Shown here: piece by piece, positions 11,203-21,824 of the stretch | How positions within the stretch are numbered: the first letter of the stretch is position 1 | How the letters are laid out: every line of letters starts with the position of its first letter | DNA from: an uncultured Acidobacteriota bacterium | GTDB lineage: Bacteria; Acidobacteriota; Terriglobia; Acidiferrales; UBA7541 | Direction: 5' to 3' | Length of the DNA: 64,000 nucleotides | Assembly (NCBI GenBank): GCA_963794175.1 | Contig: CAWCCV010000022.1 | Location: 9,958 to 73,957 of the forward strand | Position numbers and translations under genes: made by a program | The notes under the pieces: generated by a model | The model's input: only the letters and a program-made list of their open reading frames with translations | Databases searched by the model: none | What the model was told of the DNA's origin: nothing

Positions 11203-12164
11203 CTAGCCTTTTGGCGCGTAAAAGCCTTTGCGGGCAAGGACTTTGAAGATCTTTGTTCGCAACGTCGACTCTGATTTTGCGGAAGCCGCCGTCTTTGGGT
11301 TTGCTAGCGGGGTAGTAGTAGCCGATCTGGTATTGGCTGCGCAGTTCTTCGGAGATTTGGTCGAAAGCCTGCTCCAGTTTTTTCTCGTTGGAGACTTCGA
11401 TGGCTCGGCCGCCGGTTTCTTCGGCCAGTTTTTTGGCGACGTCAAAGCGGCCGTAGCCGCCTTCATGCACCCAAAGTACGTGAACGACAGTGTCGGCGCG
11501 CTGCGCGGCTTCAACGGCCTCTTCCAATCGTGTTTTACTGCCTTCATCCTGCGCATCGGTGATGATGATGTAGAGCTTTTCTGCCGGCTTCGGTGCCGAG
11601 CTTTTCGGCGCACGCGAGATAGACAGCGTCATAAAAATGAGTGCCGCCGGCGTGGGAAGGAATCGTGCCGGGTGTAACCACGCCACCGCCGCCGACGGCG
11701 TTGACCTGCGCTTTGTTGATGGCGCGCTCAATGATGTGCTTGTCGTCGGTAAAGTCCGAAAGAAGGTCCACGTCGAGATCGAAGCTGATGACCATGGCTT
11801 CGTCGCCTTTTTTCATGACGCGCTCAAGAAAACGGTTCGCGGCATCTTGTTCGGCGGGCAGGCGATAACGTTCGCTGCCGCTGGTGTCGATAAGCAACCC
11901 CAGCGTGACTGGCAGCGTCACTTCCTTGCTGAAGAAGGCAATCTTCTGTTCCTCGTTGTCCTCATAAACCTTGAAGTCGTTTTGGGTGAGGTTGCTGACG
12001 ATGCCTTTGTTCTTATCACGTACGGTGGCAAAGAGGCTGACCAGCGAAACTTGGGTGGAGATTGCACCGCCCTGTGCAGGCTCTTGCGGAACGGCGGGCG
12101 CGATCCAACCGAAGGCGAGAGAGAAGGCCGCGACCGACGCGGCAAATCGGTTCAAAAAAGGCAT
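11203..12164 (-). CDS. Acidobacteria-type VWA domain protein (frameshifted)
   Basis: Signal peptide, DTSGS MIDAS, GGTHFYDA, ITDAQDEGS, LAEETGG, ELRSQY..GY across three ORF pieces. Confidence 0.85.
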
Positions 12165-12318
12165 GTATACTTTCCTCGTGGAGTCATTTCCGGCTGGCGC
12201 CAGTTCCCAAGCCTGAAAGAATTCGTAAACTGGGATGCGGCCACATGGGGTTTCGGATGCGTCTAATAAAGCAGAAGATTAGGCAAGGAAACCCACGGAA
12301 AGGAAGTTTGGCTTGCTC

Positions 12319-13479
12319 ATGGTTAAAAGTCCACGAAAAACACTGGGAAGAGCCGGGTTATCGGTGCTGGTGATGGGGGTCACCTTTGCGGGGTGGCTTG
12401 GTTTGCAGGCGCAGGAGCCTCCCCAGGCACCTACTCCAAAACCGCAGGCTAAAAAAGCCGTACCCCCGCCGGTGCAGGCCGATCCCGCGCCCACGCAAAC
12501 TGCCCCTGCGCAGACAGGGATGCCTTCTTCGACCTCAGACTCTGCAGCGACGCTTAAAGCCAGAGTGAGTCTGGTCGTTCTGCCTGTAACCGTGAAGGAC
12601 CCTACAGGCCATCTTGTGCCGGACCTGACCAGGGAAGAATTCCGGATTTTTGACGACAGCATAGAACAGAGGATCTCCTTTTTCACAGTGGAGGCATTCC
12701 CGCTCTCGGCAGTCGTCCTGGTTGATAACGATCTGAAGGGCAAAGATTCGGAGATGGTGGAGCAGAGCCTGAAGTCGATTGTGGGCGGGCTGAGTCTGAC
12801 GGACGAAGCGTTTGTCTGCCGGTTCGACACGAATTTTCATCCGGGAAAGGGATTTACGAAGGATCAGGACAAGCTGGTGACTGAGCTAAGGAGAGTGCGC
12901 CTGGATGCGCAGACGGACGCCGGGCCGACCGGAGATCCGTTTACGGCGGGCGCTGCGGTGAATGGACAGAATATTTCGGGTGGGCCGGCGATCCAGCAGT
13001 CCACTAAGATTTTGAAAAATCAGCCAAACAAGGCATTGGACGATGCAATGTATGAAGCGGCGCAGCTTTTGAGCGACCGCGGGCGGGACCGGCGCAAGAT
13101 TATCTTCCTGATTTCAGACGGGCAAAACGCGAAGAACAACAAGTACAGTTACGAAACAGTTGTGAAGGAACTGCTGCGGTACAACATCTCGGTTTATGGG
13201 TTAGGCGTGGGCCGCAGCTACCTTGACCGCAAACTGAACCGCCTGCAATCATACGCGCACGATACCGGCGGGGACGTTTATTACTCGGAGAAACTCAACG
13301 CGCTCGAGGAGCTATACTCCCGCGTGACGGAGCAGGCAAGGAATCAGTACACGCTGGGCTATTCGCCCCAGGGGAACGACAAAAGCAAGGACTACCACCC
13401 GGTGGAAGTGCGCGTCCGGCGTCCGGGGCTCAGCATCAAAACCCGTGAGGGCTATTATTCGGCGCAAATCTCCCGTTAG
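12319..13479 (+). CDS. Acidobacteria-type VWA domain protein
   Basis: Signal peptide + Pro/Gln linker, VVLPVTVKD, LISDG, DTGG, QYTLGY, REGYY; MIDAS DxSxS degenerate (DNDLK). Confidence 0.85.
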   Translation: MVKSPRKTLGRAGLSVLVMGVTFAGWLGLQAQEPPQAPTPKPQAKKAVPPPVQADPAPTQTAPAQTGMPSSTSDSAATLKARVSLVVLPVTVKDPTGHLVPDLTREEFRIFDDSIEQRISFFTVEAFPLSAVVLVDNDLKGKDSEMVEQSLKSIVGGLSLTDEAFVCRFDTNFHPGKGFTKDQDKLVTELRRVRLDAQTDAGPTGDPFTAGAAVNGQNISGGPAIQQSTKILKNQPNKALDDAMYEAAQLLSDRGRDRRKIIFLISDGQNAKNNKYSYETVVKELLRYNISVYGLGVGRSYLDRKLNRLQSYAHDTGGDVYYSEKLNALEELYSRVTEQARNQYTLGYSPQGNDKSKDYHPVEVRVRRPGLSIKTREGYYSAQISR

Positions 13480-13503
13480 ATTGGTTTTAGCGTGGAATTT
13501 TTC

Positions 13504-13532
13504 TTGACTCGCGCCCCGAGCGCCCGTATACC
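13504..13532 (+). promoter_or_regulatory. Sigma70-type promoter TTGACT-N17-TATACC
   Basis: -35 at 13504-13509, -10 at 13527-13532, 17-bp spacer, directly upstream of hairpin, RBS and small ORF. Confidence 0.6.
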
Positions 13533-13596
13533 AACGGGGAAGGTTGCGGGCGGCGACGCCCCTTCCTGCGAACGAAACTGCAAGGAGATGAAGCTA

Positions 13597-13653
13597 ATGG
13601 CCAAGAAGAGCAAGAAGGAAGAAACGAAAAAGGGCGGGAAAAAGGGGAAGTAG
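13597..13653 (+). CDS. Putative 18-aa Lys-rich microprotein MAKKSKKEETKKGGKKGK
   Basis: AAGGAG at 13582-13587, 9 nt before ATG; flanked by its own promoter and terminator. Confidence 0.55.
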   Translation: MAKKSKKEETKKGGKKGK

Positions 13654-13676
13654 CGGCGGGTACAAGTTTTGGAGAA

Positions 13677-13708
13677 GGGCGCTTTGGGAACTCAGAGCGC
13701 CCCTTTTT
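13677..13708 (+). terminator. Rho-independent terminator
   Basis: GGGCGCTTTG/CAGAGCGCCC stem (one G-U pair), 6-nt loop, T5 tract. Confidence 0.75.
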
Positions 13709-13709
13709 A

Positions 13710-16680
13710 TTAGGCCGAGAGATTTTCCTCGTGGGCAGGACAGATGGGTTGATAAGAGCAATTGCGGCAGAGAAAGCCTGGCTTCGAGGGGAAAGAACCG
13801 GCGCGGATGTTGGAAGCGACTTCCTGCACGATTTTTTGCGCTTCGTCGAGCTGCTTTGCGTCACGCGAAGTTTCCTGGCGTTCGTTGTTCTGCAGATAGT
13901 GGAAAACGAGGCGGACGGGATTTAGCTCCAGAATTTCTTTTGCGGCGATGGAATAGATGCTGAGCTGGATGTCTTTTCTTGCTTCGGCGGGCTTTTTGGG
14001 CTTGCCGGTTTTGTAGTCCACGATTTCCACGTCTTTCTTGCCGCCGAGGGAATTGATCTGGTCGATGCGGCCGGCGAGGATGACGTTGTCTTCGACGGGC
14101 AGTTCGAATGCCTTTTCCTGTTCGAGAATTTGTGGCGGGTTTTCCAGAACCGCTGCATGGAAAACGCGAAGTTGTTCGAGACCGTCCTTCTTGTAGCCTT
14201 CTTCCTGGTAGTCGTCTTCAAAGCTGCCAGATTTCCATTCCGCTTCGTAAATGCGCGCGAGGTCGTCCCAGGGAAGTCGCGTTCCTTTGCGGAGTTGATC
14301 AACGAAGCGTCTGATCGTGTTGTGCACGACGGCGCCGAAGGTCATGGCAGCCTGGGGGCCTTCGCGCAAAGACCACAAATGGCTGAACAAATATTGTTGT
14401 GGGCAACTGCGATAGCCGCTGACGGCGCTCGGGCTAAGAGTAAGCGGTTCACCGGAAGGGGGATGAAAGGTTTCCGCCCAGTCGGCGATGCGCGAGAAGA
14501 TTTTCGGCGGATTCGGGGGGACCGGGAAGAGTTGATTATCGGAACTTGCGCTGGTGCGGGAGGCTTCGGGTTGCGGTGGGATTTTGGGAGCAAGCTGGCG
14601 AATGTCGCGGCGCTTTTCTGCCGGGTCGAGCAGCACGTCCTCAATGAACAGAGGGGACTTTGCCTTTCTTTTCCGTGAGAGTGGTGATGGTGAGACGTTC
14701 TTCGGCACGCGTAAGGGCGACGTAAAAGAGGCGGCGCTCCTCTTGAATGTGGAATTGCTCGGCGGGGTCGCCTTCTTTCATTAAAGCTGCAGGAAATTCG
14801 AAGGTGTGCGGGCGCTCTGATGCTGGAAATTTTTTCGAGTTCACACGAAGAATAAAAACTTGGGGAAATTCAAGTCCCTTCGCGCTGTGTACCGTCATTA
14901 ACTGCACGGCGTCGCCAGGGGCGTCGTCTTCAAGGCAGATGCTGCCGCCCGCTTGTGAATAGTAGTCGAGATATTCGATGAATTCGGAGAGCGCACTGGT
15001 TTCGCTTTTGGGTTCCCATGCCTTTGCAAATTCGGTAAGGCGATTGACGTATTTGCGATCCAGCTCGGCGGCACGGACCGGAACCTCGAGCCATTCGAGA
15101 AGGTCGGCCAGAATTTCGCGCGCAGTACGGCGCTTCAACAATTTGCGCTGTGCCCCAAGGAAGTCCAAAAGGTCCTTTATTGCTATGGGCGAGGGATCGA
15201 ACGGAAGCTGGCCCTGCGGAAGCTGCAGCAGATCATGAATGGGCTTTCTTTCCTTCTTTGCGCGTTCCGCGAGGCGCACGAGGTCGGGCGCTTGGAGATG
15301 CCAGGCGGGGGCGGCGAGCACTCTAGCACAAGCGATGTTGTCGAAAGGCTGTGCGATCAGGCGGAGATAGGCGATGACGTCTTTGACGAGGGGATGATCG
15401 AGGATGGAAAGTCTGGAAATAACGAACGGGATTTTACGGCGCGAAAGTTCGGTGACGAGTTTGTCGCGGTGCGCGTGCAGGCGGTAGAGTACGGCGAAGT
15501 CGCGCCATTTGCGGCCGGCGGAACGGATTCGTTCGAGTTCCGACGCGACCCAGGTGGCTTCGGCTTCTTCTGTTTCGAATTCGGCGATGCGAATTCTTTC
15601 GCCTTCTTTGCGGTTGGCGTTTAAAGATTTCTTCGGGAAATCGGCGCTGACGGTGTTTTGCGCAATGACTTGTGTGGCGATGCGGAGAATGTTTGGGGTC
15701 GAGCGGTAATTTTCCGTGAGCGAGACGCGGAAAAGCGTGGAGTCTTCGCCGGGCTTCCATCCGGCGAAGCGCTGGAGGAAAAGCTGGAAGCTACCAAAAG
15801 ACGCACCGCGAAAACGGTAGATGGCCTGGTCGTTGTCGCCGACTGCGAAGATATTCTTGCGATCGCCGGCGAGGAGCTCGAGAAGGCGGAGTTGCGCGAT
15901 GTTTGTGTCCTGAAATTCGTCGACGAGGATGTAACGGTATTTTTCCTGAAGTGACGTACGCACTGCGGAATCTTTTTCGAGCAAATCGACTGCGCCCGTG
16001 ATGAGGGATCCGAAAGAGACGCGTTTTTTCTCGCCGAGGAGTTCTTCGCTGGCGCGATAGGCCCGCGCGATTTCGAGTTGTTTTTCAACTTCTTCGCCTC
16101 GCTCGTTGTACGTGTCTTCGTCGAGGGCGGCGCGTTCGCATTCGAGTTGTGCGGCGAGGGCTTCGGCGTAGCGCTGGTAGTCTTCCCAGGAAACAAGTTC
16201 ATCTTGGCAGCGCGAGAAAAATTCGACGAAATCGCTAAGAAACTGACCGGGCTCGGCAAGACGCCGGTATTTGTCGAGCTTGAGGCGCGCCATGTTGCGC
16301 CGCAGCAGAATCCAGTGGTCCACCTGATCGAGCATCAGGCGATCTGGCACAAAGCCGGCGATGAGGGATTCGCAGAAGGCGTGAAATGTGGCAAGCATGA
16401 CGTCTTTGCCACGTTCGCCGGCGGCTTTGACAACGCGCGCCTTCATTTCGCCCGCCGCTTTGTTGGTGAACGTGAGGCCAAGAATGTGTTCGCCGGAGAG
16501 AGATTCGTCGGATTCAAGAAGATGGCGAATGCGTTCGGTGATGACGCGCGTTTTGCCGGTGCCGGCACCGGCAATGACGAGAAGCGGGCCGTCGCCATGT
16601 TCGACCGCGCGCTTCTGCTCGGGATTCATGTTCAGGCCGGCCGCGCGCGGCGGCGGATCAAGATCAAAGAGAGTTCGCAC
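13710..16680 (-). CDS. UvrD/PcrA-family helicase fused to PD-(D/E)XK nuclease (AddA/AdnB-like; frameshift near 14660)
   Basis: AGAGTGKT, LTFTNKAA, VDEFQDTN, QAIYRFRGA, ENYRS, TVHSAKGLEF, EERRLFYVALTRA; nuclease GRID...IVDYKTG, QLSIY, Cys at YRSCP and CRNC..C. Confidence 0.92.
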
Positions 16681-16802
16681 GACCCAAGCAGGGTAACGCG
16701 AATCGAAGCGAAGAGGAAATCAGGCCCGGCTACACGCAAATCCACCGCCGCGCGCACCGGAAATGGACTGTTCAGATATGCTACGGTCGCGGAAGATCTC
16801 TC

Positions 16803-17528
16803 ATGAGAAGCCACAACAGTCTCGGACCCGCACTTTGGTCGTTCGGGCCCAACCTGAAGGTTGCAATCCTATTGCTTGTCGTTGGAACGTTCTTTTCCTG
16901 GCTGGCGTTTGCTGCGGCGCAGGAGTTTCGCGAAGCGATCGGGTGGATTTTTTTCTATTTGCTCAGTGTCGGATTGGGGCTTCTGGTTGTCAGCCATTTG
17001 TGGTTTCGCGTATGGATTCATGATTCCGGAATTTCCTACCGCGGAATTCGCGGGCACAACGAAATACGCTGGGACGACCTGGAACGCGTGTACGTGGGTG
17101 CTTATTCCATCCACGCGCATTACTTGCCGTTGGGCACGTTTTACCGTCTCAAGCTGATTAGCAAACATGGTCCGCGACTTTCGATCGGCGAGCGCGTGCA
17201 CAACGCGGATGAACTTGCCGAGTTGATTCAAGGTTTCACATTGCAGAAAATGCTCCGGAAATCGCTTCATGAATTTGAAAACGGGATCGAGCTGGATTTC
17301 GGCCGAATCAGGATCAGCCGCAAAAAAGGAGTGAGGTACTACAAGTGGTTTGCGTGGCATGAAATTTACTGGGAAGACCTGACTGTGTGCGGCGTGTCTG
17401 GCACTCATGTGAATCTTGGCGGGGCCAAGAAACTCTTTCAGGTGAACATCGCATCGGAAAAAATCGCGAACGTGCATGTGCTGAAAGCCCTGCTGGACAA
17501 AATCATTAAAGACCGCTTGAAAAGCTGA
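16803..17528 (+). CDS. Hypothetical membrane protein (two N-terminal TM helices, PH-like repeats)
   Basis: Two hydrophobic segments then repeated IRWDDL / IYWEDL motifs. Confidence 0.6.
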   Translation: MRSHNSLGPALWSFGPNLKVAILLLVVGTFFSWLAFAAAQEFREAIGWIFFYLLSVGLGLLVVSHLWFRVWIHDSGISYRGIRGHNEIRWDDLERVYVGAYSIHAHYLPLGTFYRLKLISKHGPRLSIGERVHNADELAELIQGFTLQKMLRKSLHEFENGIELDFGRIRISRKKGVRYYKWFAWHEIYWEDLTVCGVSGTHVNLGGAKKLFQVNIASEKIANVHVLKALLDKIIKDRLKS

Positions 17529-17586
17529 TTTGCTCTTCGGAAAGAGTCATTATTTGAAAAGCTGGCCTGCTTTCCCATCAGCGAGT

Positions 17587-18135
17587 TCATCGCTGGGATT
17601 TCTTTCCTGAGGCGACGTCGGCGTTGAAGGCGGCGGACTGTTTGCGAGGAACGCTGAGCGATTTCCACGATTCACAGCCAAAATGTTTTGCGAGAAAGAC
17701 GATTTGGCCGACATGGTAGGAGTAGTGTGCGATTTGGCGGTTTATGGCTTGCATCACGGAGTGTGCCTCGCCGCGAATGAAAACGGTCTTTTCTAGATTG
17801 GAATCGGCGAGCGGCTCCAGCGCCGCGAAGACGCAGCTCCATCCGGCGTTCCACTGAACCATTAATTCCGTGCGTGTGGTTGCCGGCGCTTCAAACTCGG
17901 AGTCGCGGTTGCGATCCGGCTTTTCACCGTCGGTGGTGAGGAAGTCCGTCCAGCGGGAGCGCATGTTTCCAGCCATGTGTTTCACGACGATGGCGATGGA
18001 ATTCGATTCAGGATCGAGCGTTTCGAACAGCATCGTATCGCCGCATTGCGCCATCGCGCGCTCGCCGAGATTTTTGTAATAGCGAAACAAATCGAGGGCA
18101 TCTTTAAGGTAGGAGTCGGTTCTTTGGTGCGGCAT
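17587..18135 (-). CDS. DUF1572 / DinB-superfamily protein
   Basis: NSIAIVVKHMAGNMRSRWTDFLTTDGEK..RNRDSEF and HYSYHVGQI. Confidence 0.88.
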   Translation of the reverse strand: MPHQRTDSYLKDALDLFRYYKNLGERAMAQCGDTMLFETLDPESNSIAIVVKHMAGNMRSRWTDFLTTDGEKPDRNRDSEFEAPATTRTELMVQWNAGWSCVFAALEPLADSNLEKTVFIRGEAHSVMQAINRQIAHYSYHVGQIVFLAKHFGCESWKSLSVPRKQSAAFNADVASGKKSQR

Positions 18136-18241
18136 AGACCAAATTTTAGGGGCTTTGCGGTGTGCAGTCAGCCATCCAAATTGTCCGGAAAGAAGGCGAC
18201 CAGGCGTAGAGAGGCTTTGCAGATGGGTCGAGAATTAGGGC

Positions 18242-18271
18242 TTGAAAATTCGCTTTTTGTTCGCCTATAAT
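18242..18271 (+). promoter_or_regulatory. Promoter TTGAAA-N18-TATAAT with embedded TTCGC-N6-TTCGC (putative LexA operator)
   Basis: TTCGC at 18249-18253 and 18260-18264; same layout as the lexA promoter. Confidence 0.7.
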
Positions 18272-18305
18272 GTGCCGTTCGAGTGGTGGATCTTGGGAGG
18301 AAGCT

Positions 18306-18809
18306 ATGAATATTGGCCAATCGATGCTCGGTGAATTTGACAGCGAGATGAAGAACACGCGGAAGACGCTGGAGCGGATTCCGGACGACAAATGGGATTG
18401 GAAGCCGCATGAAAAATCCGGCACGATCGGCTGGCTTGCGGCGCACGTCGGCACGGTGCCGGAGTGGATCACCATGACGCTTACCACTCGCGAGCTGGAC
18501 TACGCTCCCGTGAATGGACCGTCGTACGTTCCGCCGAAGATTTCCAATCAGAAAGAGCTGCTGGCTGCGTTTGATAAGTGCGCTGCCGATGCGCGCGCCG
18601 CGCTGGCCGGCGTGAGCGACCAAGACGTTATGTTGAGCTGGAAGCTGCTTGCAGGTGGGCAGGAGATTTTTACGATGTCCCGGCTCGCGTGCTTGCGCGG
18701 CATGTGCTTGAACCATCTTTATCATCATCGCGGGCAGCTGACCGTGTACTTGCGGCTTCTCAACATTCCAGTTCCTGGTTTGTACGGCCCGTCTGCGGAC
18801 GAGTCCTAG
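18306..18809 (+). CDS. DinB family protein
   Basis: [39 protein letters not shown]; GGAGG RBS. Confidence 0.9.
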   Translation: MNIGQSMLGEFDSEMKNTRKTLERIPDDKWDWKPHEKSGTIGWLAAHVGTVPEWITMTLTTRELDYAPVNGPSYVPPKISNQKELLAAFDKCAADARAALAGVSDQDVMLSWKLLAGGQEIFTMSRLACLRGMCLNHLYHHRGQLTVYLRLLNIPVPGLYGPSADES

Positions 18810-18891
18810 CGCGGGCTTGTCCGAAAGGGCGAGCGCAGCAGCAAATTGTTCAACTCGCTATAATAGGCCTTCACCCTTCCGGAGGCACTTC

Positions 18892-20076
18892 ATGGATACC
18901 CCCGTTATTTTGTCGGCGGTTCGCACGCCCGTTGGAAAGTTTCAGGGCGGGCTCGCGGGATTTTCAGCGCCGGAGCTTGGCGGGAAAATCATCGCAGAAG
19001 CAGCACGGCGCGCGGGCATTGACGCCAAACAGATTGACGAAGCGATTCTCGGCAACGTGGTGCAAGCTGGGCTTGGCCAGAATCCGGCGCGGCAAGCGGC
19101 GCTGAAGGGCGGCTGCGATCCGCGCGTGGCGGCGATGACGATCAATAAGGTGTGCGGCTCAGGACTGAAGGCCGTTGCCCTTGCGGCGCAGGCGGTGCAG
19201 ACCAATGAATCAGAAATCGTTGCGGCGGGTGGCATGGAGTCCATGTCCAACTGCCCGTATTTGCTCCCTGGTGCGCGGACCGGTTACCGGCTCGGCGATG
19301 GAAAAATCGTGGATTCGATGATTCACGACGGGTTGTGGGACGCGTACGAAGATTTTCATATGGGGATTACGGGCGAACTGGTTGCGGAAAAATATGGCAT
19401 CGGGCGAGAAGAGCAGGATCGTTTTTCTGTCGAGTCGCACAACAAAGCGGTGAACGCGCGGAAATCGTGCTTCTTCGAATCGCAGATTTTGCCGATTGAA
19501 GTGCCGCAGAAAAAGGGCGATCCACTGGTCATTAAGTTTGACGAATCGCCGCGGGAAGATACTTCGATGGAAGCGTTGGCGAAGCTGAAGCCAGCGTTCA
19601 AGAAGGATGGAACGGTTACGGCGGGCAATGCGCCGGGAATGAATGATGGCGCGGCCGCGCTGATTGTGACGAGCGAACGCGTGGCGCAGAATCTCGGGAA
19701 ACAGCCGATTGCTCGCATAGTTGCCCAGGCGGTCAGTGGGGTGGAACCGAAATGGGTGATGATGGCGCCGGTGGACGCCGTGGAAAAATTGCTGAAGAAA
19801 ACCGGCTGGGATCGCGGCAAGGACGTGGACTTGGTCGAGTTGAACGAGGCGTTTGCGGTGGCAGCGATTGCGGTGACGCGGCAGTTGAAGCTGAATCCGG
19901 AAAAAGTGAATGTGAATGGCGGGGCAGTGGCGATTGGACATCCGATTGGGGCAAGCGGCGCGCGTATTCTGGTCACACTGCTGTACGAATTACAGCGGCG
20001 CAATTTGAAGCGAGGCATCGCTGCGCTGTGTCTCGGCGGAGGAAACGCCGTCGCGCTGGCGGTCGAACGTTACTAG
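18892..20076 (+). CDS. Acetyl-CoA C-acetyltransferase (thiolase)
   Basis: [26 protein letters not shown] catalytic motifs. Confidence 0.96.
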   Translation: MDTPVILSAVRTPVGKFQGGLAGFSAPELGGKIIAEAARRAGIDAKQIDEAILGNVVQAGLGQNPARQAALKGGCDPRVAAMTINKVCGSGLKAVALAAQAVQTNESEIVAAGGMESMSNCPYLLPGARTGYRLGDGKIVDSMIHDGLWDAYEDFHMGITGELVAEKYGIGREEQDRFSVESHNKAVNARKSCFFESQILPIEVPQKKGDPLVIKFDESPREDTSMEALAKLKPAFKKDGTVTAGNAPGMNDGAAALIVTSERVAQNLGKQPIARIVAQAVSGVEPKWVMMAPVDAVEKLLKKTGWDRGKDVDLVELNEAFAVAAIAVTRQLKLNPEKVNVNGGAVAIGHPIGASGARILVTLLYELQRRNLKRGIAALCLGGGNAVALAVERY

Positions 20077-20112
20077 GTCAGGCCAAATTCTCGCTTCGAT
20101 AGAGGGGCGTTG

Positions 20113-20704
20113 ATGAACCGGGCGGCGATCGGATTTCGTGTTCACTCTGGCTGGGCCGCGATGGTAGCGGTTTCGGTGGAAAAGGGTGAGCCGGTCATTT
20201 TGGTGCGGCGCAAGCTCCTCCTGGTCAAGACCTTTAGTTACACATTTCGCCAGCCGTACCACACCGCAGAAAAAATGCCGTTGAATGACGCGGCCGCGTT
20301 TCATACAGAGCGTGGAAAAAGAATCGTGCGAACTGGGGCTGGCTGGAATTCGTGCGGTGCAGAAAGAGTTAAATTCACTAGACTACAAAGTTGCCGGAAG
20401 CGCTTTGTTGCTGGCTTCGGGGCGCGCATTGCCCGAATTTGAAAAGATTCTCGCCTCACACGCTTTGATTCACACCGCAGACGGCGAATTGTTTCGCGAC
20501 TCGATCCGGCACTCCTGCGCCCGCGCAAAACTTCCGCTTACCGCCATAAAAGAGCGCGACTTGCTCGCGGCGGCTGCAAAGCGATTGAACAAGAGACCGG
20601 AATTTCTGAATTCCAAAGTCTCCGCACTCGGTAAATCCCTGGGCCCACCCTGGACCCAGGACGAAAAACTTTCCGCCCTGGGTGCCTGGATTGTGGTCAG
20701 CTGA
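20113..20704 (+). CDS. Hypothetical protein (frameshift near 20300)
   Basis: ORFs 20110..20442 and 20285..20704 join into a coherent ~195-aa protein ending LGPPWTQDEKL. Confidence 0.6.
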
Positions 20705-21330
20705 CAGATGATTCCGACACCGCCGCTGGTTTCAGGTCGTTGGCGCAGTAGGGGCAGAACTTGTCGGTTTCCGCAATCTCTCTTTTGCAATTTGGACAAG
20801 AAGGATAGAGATTGCACTGGCAGCTGGGGCAAAAGTTGAAGCGTGGTCCAACGGGTGCTGCGCAGCGCGGGCACGGATAAGGCAGCGGGTCGCGGACCAG
20901 CAAATAAATAATGAATCCGATGATGCCGCCCTGCACCGGCGAAAGAATGAGGACGAGCAGCGTCCACAGCGTCGAGTTCATTCCGCGTCGTTTCGCGTCT
21001 TGATTCACATAGCCGAGCATGAAAAGCATCAGTGCTATCAGCAGCGCGATCGCGGTGACGACGCCGGCCATGGCCAAGGACGCTAGAACCGGATTGTTTC
21101 TCAACTGCCAGGGGAACATTTCGTTTCCGTACGGATTTTGCCTGAACGAAAGATTGACCAAGATTGCGATGACCAGCCGCAACCACATACAGCACCGCGA
21201 TCAATCCCATCAGCCACTTGGGAATAATCATGAATTCTTTCCAGAATTTCGGGCGTTCTTTTTTGCGGCGAAGACGGATCAGCCGCATCCGTTCGTCCCA
21301 AGCGCTTGGTGTTTGTCCTGTGTAGCTCAT
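20697..21330 (-). CDS. Membrane protein with C-terminal double zinc ribbon (frameshift near 21175)
   Basis: Three TM segments, YVNQDAKRRGM, then CPRC..CPSC..CPNC..CPYC. Confidence 0.8.
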
Positions 21331-21353
21331 CGTCGCCCTCTGTCCTGCGAAAT

Positions 21354-21824
21354 TTACTCGGCCTCTCGCTCCGATTTTTGTTTCTGAATCACCACGGCTC
21401 CTGTGACCAGCAATCCCGGCACGAGCCACCACAACGCCATGCCCGACATCCAAACCAGTTTCGGCAGGCCCAATTCACTACCCAGCCACTCGAATCCGTG
21501 CCACACGAGCGGCGCGCTGGCGGCGCCGAGCATCCAGGAGAGTCCCACCATCGCCCAAAGCAGCTTGCGGCCAGGCTCGCGTTCACCCAGTTGTTCAGCG
21601 CGCATACGTACACGAAGCTGCGTGCGCGCTGCAAGATTTTCCGGAAGGTCAATGTGGGTTGCGCGAAATGCAGAGAGCGTGGCTTGCGTTTGCGAGTCCA
21701 GCGCCATGCAGGATTTACATTCGGCGAGGTGCGCTGCGAGAAACGATTGTTCGTCCGCGGAGACGCCTTCAACGCGCCGCTGCGCCATCAATTTTTGTGC
21801 GCGTTCGTGTGTGTTGTCGCTCAT
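21354..21824 (-). CDS. Membrane-anchored zinc-finger (HxxxCxxC) anti-sigma factor
   Basis: HLAECKSC motif, two C-terminal TM helices, start overlaps the sigma gene stop (ATGA). Confidence 0.82.
   Translation of the reverse strand: MSDNTHERAQKLMAQRRVEGVSADEQSFLAAHLAECKSCMALDSQTQATLSAFRATHIDLPENLAARTQLRVRMRAEQLGEREPGRKLLWAMVGLSWMLGAASAPLVWHGFEWLGSELGLPKLVWMSGMALWWLVPGLLVTGAVVIQKQKSEREAE

Noticed and set aside
13710-14708. Cas4-like nuclease suggesting CRISPR
   Set aside because: It is the C-terminal domain of the helicase; no repeat-spacer array or other cas genes seen
14640-14710. Programmed frameshift between helicase and nuclease
   Set aside because: No clear slippery heptamer; indistinguishable from the many other indels in the window
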